The position numbers and the translations under genes were made by a program. Shown in pieces: positions 1 to 8,108 of a DNA stretch of 64,000 nt. Each line of letters begins with the position of its first letter. Within the stretch, counting starts at the first letter, position 1. The notes under the pieces are model-generated. The model had not been told where the DNA came from. It did not search any database and saw only the letters and a list, made by a program, of their open reading frames with translations. Origin of the DNA: Nitrosopumilus sp. (GTDB taxonomy: Bacteria > Bacteroidota > Bacteroidia > Flavobacteriales_D > Sanyastnellaceae); the NCBI GenBank assembly GCA_964223495.1, contig CAXQGL010000056.1, forward strand, positions 13,887 through 77,886, read 5' to 3'.

Positions 1-2476
1 TGAGGTTGTAACCGGCCTCATCCCATGCGAGACCCGTGGGCAGGAAGATGGAACCGCAATCAGAGCCTTCCGTGGCGGGCACGAGAAGGTCACCATTACC
101 GGACAGAATCAAACCTTCGATCAGGTTGTCGGATGGATCCTCCAACGCGTCATCGAGGAGGGCGGCTGAACTGTCGATCGGTGCACCATCGGCCAGTGCC
201 ACCTCAATGGCACCACCCGTCACCGCGAGGTCTTCATCCTCGTTGCAGATGCCGTCATCATCCAGGTCATTCAGGCAGCCTCCATCGCAATCCACGTAGC
301 CCACACCGAACAAGTCGATCGGATAATCACAGTCACCGGCGTCGGTGGCGGCAGGATTGTAGTTACAGGCATCCTCCTCCTGACAACCCACAACTTCAAA
401 GGGATCGCAAACACCGTCACTATCGCTGTCGGCCAAGCACTCACCAGCGCAGTCGTAGCCTTCATCGGCATACTCACAATCACCGGCATCGGTAGCAGCA
501 GCATCATAGTTGCAGGCCGTATCGTCCTGACAACCCACGATTTCGTCCTCATCGCAAACGCCATCCTCGTCCGAGTCGTTGTAGCAGTTGCCGTCGCAGT
601 CAAGGTTGGTGATGCCGTCATTGACATCTTCAGGGTACAGGCAAAGGCTGTTGTCAGTGTCGGTGAAGTCACCCGCATTGCATGCCGCAGGGTCTGTACA
701 ACCGGCGGACTCACACTCATCACATACGCCGTCTTCATCAGCGTCATTCAGGCAGTTTCCATCACAATCGAGGATGGCTCCGGTCTGACCGCTGCAGGGA
801 TCACCAAAAATGTCTTCAGGGTACTGGCAGGAACCATCGTCATCCGTGGCACCGGAGTCGAAGGTGCAGGATGCCTCATCCGTGCAGCCGGCCACCTCGT
901 TTTCGTCGCAGACACCATCCTCATCGGCATCATTCAGGCAGTTGCCAGCACAATCCACAATGTTTTCCGGGTATCCGTCAGGATAGGTACAGAGGCTGTT
1001 GTCCGTATCCGAGAAATCTCCGGCGTTGCAGGCTTCGGGATCCGTACATCCTGCGGTCTCGTCCGCGTCGCAGATGCCGTCATCATCGGCGTCATTGTCC
1101 ACGATTTCACCGTTTTCACAAGACTCACAGATGCCATCCGTGAACGTACAAGTGCCATCGTCAATGGTGGCGCTGCCGTCATAGTTGCAGGCGGAAGCAT
1201 CCGTACATCCTGCGCATGACGTGAACTCACAGGAGCCATCATTGTCCGTGGCAGAAGCACTGTAGTTGCAAGCACCGGTCTCAGTACATCCGGGAACTTC
1301 ATCCTCATCACAGACTCCATCGGTATCCGCATCGTTCAAACAATTGCCGTCGCAGTCCAAGTTGTCGGCGGCAGGATACGTGCAGGAACCATCATCATCC
1401 GTGGCGGTGCCGCTGTAGTTGCAGGCAGTAGCATCCGTGCAACCTGGGACCTCGTCCTCATCGCAGACACCATCCTCATCGGCGTCATTCAAGCAGTTGC
1501 CGTCGCAGTCCAAGTTGTCGGCGGCAGGGTACGTGCATGATTCGTCATCGTCAGTAGCCGCCGCGTCAAAGTTGCACGCCGTCTCATCGGTACATCCGGG
1601 AACCTCATCCTCGTCGCAGACACCATCCTCATCGGCGTCATTCAAGCAGACCCCCTGGCAGTCGACGTTGGCACTGCCATAAAGGTCGGCAGGATACTCA
1701 CAGGTACCGTCATCGTCCGTGGCTTCGGCGTTGTAGTTGCAAGCGGTCTCATCCGTGCAACCAAAGACCGGACCACCGGCTCCGAAGTAGAACGTGTCAC
1801 GGAACTCGTTGCTACCATCACCTTCAATGAAGACCTGGCAGTAGACCTGTCCGCTCAATTCACCTGTTGTGGTGAACTGTCCGATCAGGACTTTGAGGTC
1901 CGCACCAGCAACACCATTGGCATCACCGTTCAAGGCATACCATGCACCACCGATGGCGTCATCAATGGCAATGTTGCCACCGGGCAGGCCTCCGCCTGGG
2001 TCGAAGTTGGTCACCCACGGATTATCATTCGATTGCACCGTGCTGACGTTGGCCTCTCCAATGCCCGCATTGGGAACACCTTCCAATCCAATCGTGACCC
2101 ATGTATCAAAAGGAAGATCCGGGTACACCGGAAACAGCAAACTGTTGATGCCGTTCGGAGTGGCCGCACCCAATGCAGCATGATAGAAACTGGTTGTCGT
2201 TTCCACATACGTGGGATTCGTGATGTCACCCGAGACGGACGACATGAAGTCGGTCTCATTGTTCATGGTGACGTACAAACGGGTCACGCTGTATCCCGTG
2301 AGGTCGGTGACGCCGAGTGCGCCAACTAGGATTCCAATGTCTTCATTGGTGACCTCAACTTCGAGATCATATCCCTCAGGGGCAGGGGCGGAATTCACAG
2401 CGACTTGCTGCTGGGCAAAAACAGTGGTGAGACAGCAAAACAGAGCTGCTACCAGGTTGATGGTCTTGGACATCAT
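1..2476 (-). CDS. Secreted Cys-rich repeat protein, partial. The N-terminus is at 2476 and the gene runs off the left edge. It has a signal peptide, an unknown domain of about 240 aa, then about 10 tandem CTD..ACNY / thrombospondin-type-3-like Ca-binding modules.
   Basis: It is absent from the ORF track because it has no stop in the window. Hand translation of the reverse strand from ATGATG (2476-2471) gives MMSKTINLVAALFCCLTTVFAQQQVAVNSAPAPEGYDLEVEVTNEDIGILVGALGVTDLTGYSVT. The same frame at 1537->1439 reads CTYPAADNLDCDGNCLNDADEDGVCDEDEVPGC. The Ser/Pro/His/Arg-rich ORFs listed in 25-2329 are shadow frames of it. I did not check every codon for stops. Confidence 0.78.
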   Translation of the reverse strand, partial: MMSKTINLVAALFCCLTTVFAQQQVAVNSAPAPEGYDLEVEVTNEDIGILVGALGVTDLTGYSVTRLYVTMNNETDFMSSVSGDITNPTYVETTTSFYHAALGAATPNGINSLLFPVYPDLPFDTWVTIGLEGVPNAGIGEANVSTVQSNDNPWVTNFDPGGGLPGGNIAIDDAIGGAWYALNGDANGVAGADLKVLIGQFTTTGELSGQVYCQVFIEGDGSNEFRDTFYFGAGGPVFGCTDETACNYNAEATDDDGTCEYPADLYGSANVDCQGVCLNDADEDGVCDEDEVPGCTDETACNFDAAATDDDESCTYPAADNLDCDGNCLNDADEDGVCDEDEVPGCTDATACNYSGTATDDDGSCTYPAADNLDCDGNCLNDADTDGVCDEDEVPGCTETGACNYSASATDNDGSCEFTSCAGCTDASACNYDGSATIDDGTCTFTDGICESCENGEIVDNDADDDGICDADETAGCTDPEACNAGDFSDTDNSLCTYPDGYPENIVDCAGNCLNDADEDGVCDENEVAGCTDEASCTFDSGATDDDGSCQYPEDIFGDPCSGQTGAILDCDGNCLNDADEDGVCDECESAGCTDPAACNAGDFTDTDNSLCLYPEDVNDGITNLDCDGNCYNDSDEDGVCDEDEIVGCQDDTACNYDAAATDAGDCEYADEGYDCAGECLADSDSDGVCDPFEVVGCQEEDACNYNPAATDAGDCDYPIDLFGVGYVDCDGGCLNDLDDDGICNEDEDLAVTGGAIEVALADGAPIDSSAALLDDALEDPSDNLIEGLILSGNGDLLVPATEGSDCGSIFLPTGLAWDEAGYNL
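270..1760 (-). repeat. In-frame tandem module array with a period of about 150 bp inside the partial CDS
   Basis: The peptide unit GC(T/Q)D..ACNY...AT.DDGSC.YP...DC.GNCLNDADEDGVCDEDEV recurs about 10 times. The perfect 32-nt repeat ttgccgtcgcagtccaagttgtcggcggcagg occurs at 1344-1375 and 1497-1528, spaced 153 bp (51 codons). Confidence 0.8.
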
Positions 2477-2768
2477 ATCAAGCGAATTGGTTAAACGCGG
2501 GTTAAATGGTTCCTCGGTAGAGGTCTTCGAATTTAATTGCCCCCTTGATAAAAATTGCCTACGGTTACAAAATCAGAACAAGCCCCGGCACAATGACCTC
2601 TTCATTCGTCGACATATTTGAAGTTTTCGTCGATTTTTACGATTGCTATTTTTAGGCTTATACGATTATACTGCTGCTATAATCACATGTAATATGCTCC
2701 CGCGCACTATCGGGAGTCGATGATAACGTTGGATGAAAAAGGCACTTCGAGAGGCAAAAGAAGTTTGC

Positions 2769-2776
2769 TACATTTG
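2769..2776 (+). promoter_or_regulatory. Candidate Bacteroidota sigma-A -7 box (TAnnTTTG) for tRNA-Phe
   Basis: TACATTTG lies 12 nt upstream of the mature tRNA 5' end. The same motif and spacing precede tRNA-Val. No clear -33 TTTG at canonical spacing. Confidence 0.45.
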
Positions 2777-2787
2777 CCCGCCTTATC

Positions 2788-2860
2788 GGTACCATAGCTC
2801 AGGTGGTAGAGCAATGGATTGAAAATCCATGTGTCCCTGGTTCGAATCCAGGTGGTACCA
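2788..2860 (+). tRNA. tRNA-Phe (anticodon GAA)
   Basis: Hand-folded cloverleaf: acceptor GGTACCA/TGGTACC, D stem GCTC/GAGC, anticodon stem ATGGA/TCCAT with loop TTGAAAA, T arm CCTGG-TTCGAAT-CCAGG, discriminator A. No encoded CCA. Confidence 0.95.
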
Positions 2861-2867
2861 CTCCAGT

Positions 2868-2900
2868 AACAAGCGGACTCCGGTCCGCTTGTTGCATTTT
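2868..2900 (+). terminator. Intrinsic terminator-like hairpin after tRNA-Phe
   Basis: Perfect 11-bp stem aacaagcggac / gtccgcttgtt, loop tccg, followed by gcatttt. Confidence 0.6.
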
Positions 2901-2910
2901 GGCGTTCCGC

Positions 2911-3990
2911 ATGCACAACCCTTCACAACATACCCACCTCGACCCGACCTTCTCCCGGCTCCGTGATTGGATCGATGACCGCCGGCCCACCTCCATCGCC
3001 GTTGTCATGGATTTCGAGACCGAACGGCATTGCTTGCCGATCCTCGCGCCGCATCTGCCGCCAGGATCTCAGTTCCTCCGTCTTTCCGGCCATGGTGAGG
3101 ACATGAAGAGCCTCGAGCATGTGCATGCTTTGTGGGACAGCCTGGAGGGCATGGGCATGGACAGGCGTGGCCTCATCGTGGCCCTTGGAGGGGGAACCGT
3201 GACGGATTTGACGGCATTCGCGGCCAGTACCTATTTCAGGGGAACCGCCTTGTGGATGGTCCCTACCACCGTACTCGCCATGGTGGACGCGGCCATTGGC
3301 GGCAAGACCGGCATCAACTTCCGAGGCCTCAAGAACAGAATCGGCACCTTCTATTCCCCGGAGGGCATCAGCATCCATACCGAAATGCTGCATACCCTTT
3401 CACCGCGCGACTGGCGCAATGGATGGACCGAACACATCAAGCATTTGCTGCTCAGGGATTCGGCCCTGCCAGAGGTGGGAAACGATTCCCGTCTTCATAG
3501 GCTGCTCACCAATACCGCTCCGCGTGAGGAAGTTGCATCCGCCATCCTCGAATCCGTTCAGATCAAGAGTGATGTGGTTACTGAGGATCCAACGGAATCC
3601 ACGGGTCGCCGACGCGTGCTCAATCTGGGACACACCGTCGGCCATGCCATTGACAGCTGGTCGATGGAGCACGACAAGGGGATCAAGCACGGCGAAGCGG
3701 TGGCCTTTGGACTCAGGGTCTGTCTCGCCATGAGCAAGGGAAATCCATCCTGCCCTTCTGCAGAAGCAATGCATGATGCTGCCTTATCCTCATTCCTGGA
3801 CGACCACCTCGGTCTGGACTGCGCACCGCCTTCCGCTGAAGTGTTGTGGGCGTTGATGGCCACGGACAAGAAGAATGCGGGCGGTGAGGTCCAAGTCATC
3901 CTGCTCGATGGCCCGGGGCGACCAGTGGAAGATGTGGCCCTCACTTTCAAGGAATTCGCAGACGCCTACGAGGAGGTCACAACACTTTGA
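2911..3990 (+). CDS. aroB: 3-dehydroquinate synthase
   Basis: ORF 2803..3990 trimmed to the first ATG downstream of the tRNA. Motifs GGGTVTDLTAFAAS, VPTTVLAMVDAAIGGKTGIN, NLGHTVGHAI and KHGEAVAFG. Confidence 0.85.
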   Translation: MHNPSQHTHLDPTFSRLRDWIDDRRPTSIAVVMDFETERHCLPILAPHLPPGSQFLRLSGHGEDMKSLEHVHALWDSLEGMGMDRRGLIVALGGGTVTDLTAFAASTYFRGTALWMVPTTVLAMVDAAIGGKTGINFRGLKNRIGTFYSPEGISIHTEMLHTLSPRDWRNGWTEHIKHLLLRDSALPEVGNDSRLHRLLTNTAPREEVASAILESVQIKSDVVTEDPTESTGRRRVLNLGHTVGHAIDSWSMEHDKGIKHGEAVAFGLRVCLAMSKGNPSCPSAEAMHDAALSSFLDDHLGLDCAPPSAEVLWALMATDKKNAGGEVQVILLDGPGRPVEDVALTFKEFADAYEEVTTL

Positions 3991-4039
3991 ACCTTGTATG
4001 CGTTGAGCACATCGTGTACGTCCGCCTTAATTTCGCGAC

Positions 4040-5083
4040 ATGGAGGTATCCATAGCTGAAGTAGCTGAACTGCTGAACGGAAGATGTGACGGTGGGCAAC
4101 ACGGAGTGCTTTCCGGATTTGCCGGCATTGAAGAAGCCAATGAAGGAGACCTGACCTTCCTTGCGAACCCTGCCTACGAGCTGCACATCTATTCCACCCG
4201 GGCCAGCGCGGTGCTGGTGTCGGAACAGTTCGAACCGAATGCACCCCTGCAGGCGGGAACCAGCCTCATTCGCGTGGAGGATCCTTACGCCGCCATGGCC
4301 AAACTGATGCAGCGTTTCGGAACGGATACCGAACGCACAACTTCCGAAGACAGACGTATCCATCCGAGTGCTGTGGTCGCCGACTCCGCCTCCATCGGTG
4401 AAGGGGTCAGTATCGGACCCTTGTGCCATGTGGGTGAAGGCAGCATGCTGGGCAAGGGGGTCGTGCTCAAAGCGGGCAGTGTGGTCGGTGAGCAATGCTC
4501 GGTGGGAGCGCACTCGATTCTCGGAATGCACAGTGTGCTGGGCGATGGTTGCATCCTCGGGGAAGGATGCATCCTGCAGATCGGCGCCATCATCGGTGCG
4601 GATGGATTCGGGTTTGCACCGACAGAATCCGGATATGAGAAGATTCCGCAGGTGGGCAACGTCACCATTGGAGATGGTGCTGAAATCGGAGCGGGAACCA
4701 CGATAGACAGGGCGACCATGGGCTCCACCATCATCGGAAAAGGCGTGAAGCTCGACAACCTCATCCAGGTGGCCCATAACGTGCGCATCGGCGACCATAC
4801 AGTCATAGCAGCCCAGACCGGGATTGCAGGCTCAACGGAAATCGGGGCCCATTGCATGATCGGCGGGCAGGTGGGCATCAACGGCCACATCAAGATTGCG
4901 GACCATACCCGCATCGCCGCCAAGAGCGGGATCACGGCCAGCATCACCACTCCGAATCAGGTCCTGCAGGGCAACCCTGCGCTGCCCATCCGAAAGCATC
5001 AGGAAATGCAACTCGCCTTGCGCAAACTCGCAAGGGAGTTCAACAGGAAATCCACTTCATCGCGGGTTGGTGCACCCCATTGA
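4040..5083 (+). CDS. lpxD: UDP-3-O-acylglucosamine N-acyltransferase
   Basis: LpxD-type N-terminal region ([25 protein letters not shown]) followed by long hexapeptide left-handed beta-helix repeats. It is followed by lpxC/fabZ and lpxA. Confidence 0.9.
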   Translation: MEVSIAEVAELLNGRCDGGQHGVLSGFAGIEEANEGDLTFLANPAYELHIYSTRASAVLVSEQFEPNAPLQAGTSLIRVEDPYAAMAKLMQRFGTDTERTTSEDRRIHPSAVVADSASIGEGVSIGPLCHVGEGSMLGKGVVLKAGSVVGEQCSVGAHSILGMHSVLGDGCILGEGCILQIGAIIGADGFGFAPTESGYEKIPQVGNVTIGDGAEIGAGTTIDRATMGSTIIGKGVKLDNLIQVAHNVRIGDHTVIAAQTGIAGSTEIGAHCMIGGQVGINGHIKIADHTRIAAKSGITASITTPNQVLQGNPALPIRKHQEMQLALRKLAREFNRKSTSSRVGAPH

Positions 5084-5111
5084 ACCCACCTTTCATCCCA
5101 AGAGGCATTCC

Positions 5112-6551
5112 ATGAAAGAGGAAAAGATCCCCACCGAGGTCACCATGCAGCGGACATTGGCCGCTTCCTTCACATGTGAGGGCATCGGCCTGCACACCGG
5201 GCAGCCATCCACCATCACGGTCAAACCGGCTGAAGCGGACCATGGATATGTGTTCCAACGCGTCGATCTTGAGGGACAACCACTGGTACCGGCCGACTGC
5301 GATCTCGTGGTCGAGACCCGGCGTGGCACCACCCTGGAGAAGGGCGGCGCCCGGGTCCACACGACGGAGCATCTGCTGGCTGCCCTCTATGGTTGCGGCA
5401 TCGACAATGCCCTCATCGAGATGAATGGCCCCGAAGTGCCCATCATGGATGGGAGCAGCTGGCCGTTCGTGGCCCACATCGAAGAGGTGGGGGCCGTTGA
5501 ATTGGAAGCCGAGCGGCACGTGCTCAGATTGACCGAATCCACCACCTATCACGATGGCCACGGGGTCGAGATGCTGGCCGTTCCTCCCATCAATACGGAC
5601 TTCCGGGTCACGGTGATGGTGGATTACCACAGCCCGATCCTCGGAACCCAGCATGCGAGCATGTACCACCGGGGCCAATTCGTGCCGGAAATCAGCCGAT
5701 GCAGGACATTTGTGTTCCTCAAGGAAGTCAAGTCCCTGCTCCAACAGGGGCTCATCAAAGGAGGCGACCTGGACAACGCCATCGTCCTTGCCGAGCGCGA
5801 GTACAGCCAGGCGGAATTGGATGAAATCGCAGGAATGTGCGGCCAGGAGAACCTCAAGGTCGAACCTGGAAAGATCGGCGTGCTCAACAACACGACCCTC
5901 CAATTCGAGAATGAGCCTGCCCGGCACAAACTTCTGGACATCGTCGGGGACCTCGCCCTCACAGGCTTCTTCATCGAGGGGCATGTACTTGCCGCCCGTC
6001 CCGGTCATGCCGGCAATGTTGAATTCGCCAAACTGCTCAAGCGCAAGCGTCAGGCTGAATTGGGGATTCCCCGATACGATCCCAGACAGGAAGCGCTCAT
6101 GGACATCCATGACATCGAACAGCTGCTGCCACACCGGTACCCATTCCTTCTGGTCGACAAGATCATCGACCGCACCGAGGACAGCATCATCGGTCTGAAG
6201 AACGTCACCATGAACGAGCCCTTCTTCCAAGGGCACGTCCCCGGGAACCCCGTGATGCCCGGTGTATTGCAGATTGAGGCCATGGCGCAGGTGGGGGGCA
6301 TCTTCGCGCTGAGTGGCGTCGAGGATCCCGAGAATTGGTCCACCTACTTCATGAAGATAGACAATGTGCGCTTCAAGCAGAAGGTCATACCGGGAGACAC
6401 CATCCTTTTCCAATTGAAACTGGCGAGTCCCATCCGCAGGGGCCTGGTCCACATGACCGGCAAGGCTTATGTGGGAGACAAACTCGTCTCCGAAGCCGAA
6501 ATGCTGGCTCAAATCATCCGTGACCGCGTCACCTCTCCCTCCTCCGCATGA
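5112..6551 (+). CDS. lpxC: Bifunctional UDP-3-O-acyl-GlcNAc deacetylase / 3-hydroxyacyl-ACP dehydratase (LpxC-FabZ fusion)
   Basis: ORF 4896..6551 trimmed to ATG 5112 (MKEEKIPTEV). The N-terminal half is LpxC-like (CEGIGLHTGQPSTITVKPA, HTTEHLLAAL). The C-terminal half is FabZ hot-dog (LPHRYPFLLVDKI, FFQGHVPGNPVMPGVLQIEAMAQ). This fusion is typical of Bacteroidota. Confidence 0.9.
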   Translation: MKEEKIPTEVTMQRTLAASFTCEGIGLHTGQPSTITVKPAEADHGYVFQRVDLEGQPLVPADCDLVVETRRGTTLEKGGARVHTTEHLLAALYGCGIDNALIEMNGPEVPIMDGSSWPFVAHIEEVGAVELEAERHVLRLTESTTYHDGHGVEMLAVPPINTDFRVTVMVDYHSPILGTQHASMYHRGQFVPEISRCRTFVFLKEVKSLLQQGLIKGGDLDNAIVLAEREYSQAELDEIAGMCGQENLKVEPGKIGVLNNTTLQFENEPARHKLLDIVGDLALTGFFIEGHVLAARPGHAGNVEFAKLLKRKRQAELGIPRYDPRQEALMDIHDIEQLLPHRYPFLLVDKIIDRTEDSIIGLKNVTMNEPFFQGHVPGNPVMPGVLQIEAMAQVGGIFALSGVEDPENWSTYFMKIDNVRFKQKVIPGDTILFQLKLASPIRRGLVHMTGKAYVGDKLVSEAEMLAQIIRDRVTSPSSA

Positions 6552-7348
6552 ATTCGACCATTATAGAAAGCGGGATATCACCACTCGCTTCGGTGCATCC
6601 GCAAGCCATTCTCGGTGAAGGTGTGACCGTGGAGGCTTTTGCCACGATCGAGGCAGACGTGCAGATCGGACCGGGCACTTGGATCGGGCCCAACGCCACG
6701 GTCATGGGAGGCTCCCGGATCGGATCACATTGCCGGATCTTTCCTGGAGCCGTAGTCGGCGGCATGCCGCAGGACTTGAAGTACGACGGCGAAAAAACCA
6801 CTGCCGTCATTGGTGACCACACCACCATCCGCGAATGTTGCACCATCAACAGGGGAACGACGGACCGGATGACGACCCGGGTCGGCTCGCATTGCCTGCT
6901 GATGGCCTACACGCACATTGCGCACGATGCCATGGTGGGCGACCATTGTGTCCTGGCGAACAACGCCAACATCGCCGGGCATGTCACGGTGGAAGACTGG
7001 GTCATCATCGAGGGTGTGGTCGCCGTGCAGCAGTTCGTGCGCATCGGCCAACATGCCTTCGTGGCGGGAGGATCGCTGGTGCGAAAGAACATCCCTCCTT
7101 TCGTCAAGGTCGCGCGCGAACCCCTCAGCTACATCGGGGTCAATGCCATTGGACTGCGGCGCAGGGGATTCCCGGATGAATTCGTGCGCGCGGTCGAGGA
7201 CATCTACCGCACCCTGTACATCACAGGGGGCAACATGTCGCAGGCCATCAAGGTGGCAGAGCTTGAACTGCCCATGAGTGACGCCAAGGAGATCATCCTC
7301 GATTTCATCCGCGCTTCCGACAAGGGCATCGTTCGGGGCCCATTCTGA
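6548..7348 (+). CDS. lpxA: Acyl-ACP--UDP-N-acetylglucosamine O-acyltransferase
   Basis: Hexapeptide-repeat beta-helix plus LpxA-type C-terminal helical domain (GLRRRGFPDEFVRAVEDIYRTLY). ATGA overlap with lpxC/fabZ. Confidence 0.9.
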   Translation: MNSTIIESGISPLASVHPQAILGEGVTVEAFATIEADVQIGPGTWIGPNATVMGGSRIGSHCRIFPGAVVGGMPQDLKYDGEKTTAVIGDHTTIRECCTINRGTTDRMTTRVGSHCLLMAYTHIAHDAMVGDHCVLANNANIAGHVTVEDWVIIEGVVAVQQFVRIGQHAFVAGGSLVRKNIPPFVKVAREPLSYIGVNAIGLRRRGFPDEFVRAVEDIYRTLYITGGNMSQAIKVAELELPMSDAKEIILDFIRASDKGIVRGPF

Positions 7349-7980
7349 TGACACAGGGGCCGCTCGGGATCAAGGCGGATGGCGTGGGAAAACGTCACGG
7401 GCGCCAATGGATCCTCAGGAACATCGACCTCGAATTGAACCCGGGCAGCGTCTTTGCCATACTGGGCTCGAACGGCAGCGGCAAATCAAGTCTGCTGAGG
7501 ATCATGTGCGGATTCGACCGCGCCAGCGAAGGCCAGGTCACCTGCCAACGGGACGGTTCCACAATCCCACCAATGGACCTGCCCATGGCGATTGCCTATG
7601 GTGCGCCGGACCAGGACCTCATTCCCCAACTCGATGTCGCGGAACACATCGCATTGCATCATCGGCTGAGGCGGCCCATGCCCTCCTTGGATGCCGCAGC
7701 GACCTTGGCACTGGCACGGCTGGAAGACAAAGGCACCACGCGGGTCGGGGACCTCAGTTCCGGCATGCGGCAGCGCCTGGCGTTGGCACTGGCTTTCTCC
7801 ACGGACTGCAGCGCCTTGTTCCTCGATGAGCCGACCTCCCACCTCGATGAGGCCGGAATTGCATGGTATGGCGAGCTGGTCCGCACCCACCGTGCAGGGC
7901 GGACCCTGGTCGTGGCATCCAACCACAATCCGGCCGAATATCCGGACATCCAAGGGACGCTCGAGCTCCGGATGAGCTAA
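7348..7980 (+). CDS. ABC transporter ATP-binding protein with no adjacent permease
   Basis: Walker A GSNGSGKSS, signature LSSGMRQR, Walker B LFLDEPTSHLD. The start overlaps the lpxA stop by 1 nt (TGATG at 7346-7350). Confidence 0.8.
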   Translation: MTQGPLGIKADGVGKRHGRQWILRNIDLELNPGSVFAILGSNGSGKSSLLRIMCGFDRASEGQVTCQRDGSTIPPMDLPMAIAYGAPDQDLIPQLDVAEHIALHHRLRRPMPSLDAAATLALARLEDKGTTRVGDLSSGMRQRLALALAFSTDCSALFLDEPTSHLDEAGIAWYGELVRTHRAGRTLVVASNHNPAEYPDIQGTLELRMS

Positions 7981-7987
7981 TTTTTTT
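7964..7987 (+). terminator. Weak hairpin plus T7 tract at the end of the lpx/ABC operon
   Basis: 5-bp stem agctc/gagct, loop cggat, overlapping the TAA stop and followed by ttttttt. Confidence 0.35.
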
Positions 7988-8108
7988 CTATTTCAAACTG
8001 CTGTTTATCAGTTGTTTGATTGCGTTTTTTCGTCAAATCATGTCCGAATCGAAACCGGATTTGAAGAGTGGACGTATAGGGCCACGAATCCACACAAACC
8101 TCTTCAAC

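Noticed and set aside
270-1760. A regular repeat of about 150 bp, considered as a possible CRISPR-like or satellite array
   Set aside because: The repeats are in frame within a continuous ORF and encode a conserved peptide module. There is no repeat/spacer alternation and there are no cas genes.
25-2329. Numerous Ser/Pro/His/Arg-rich ORFs on both strands at the left edge, for example 1419..1682 with SSSSQTPSSSASFKQ repeats
   Set aside because: They are alternative-frame readings of the tandem-repeat CDS that runs from 2476 off the left edge. Their repeat periodicity simply mirrors that gene.
2477-2787. The 311-bp AT-rich intergenic region, the largest non-coding gap, considered as a possible ncRNA or mobile-element remnant next to a tRNA
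   Set aside because: I see no convincing extended secondary structure, no direct repeats of the tRNA 3' end, and no integrase or transposase nearby. It is most simply the divergent promoter region for the repeat-protein gene and tRNA-Phe.
2803-2910. N-terminal extension of the aroB ORF, and ORFs 2707..2916 and 2799..3008, overlapping tRNA-Phe
   Set aside because: They overlap a well-folded tRNA and its terminator hairpin. The aroB homology begins after ATG 2911.
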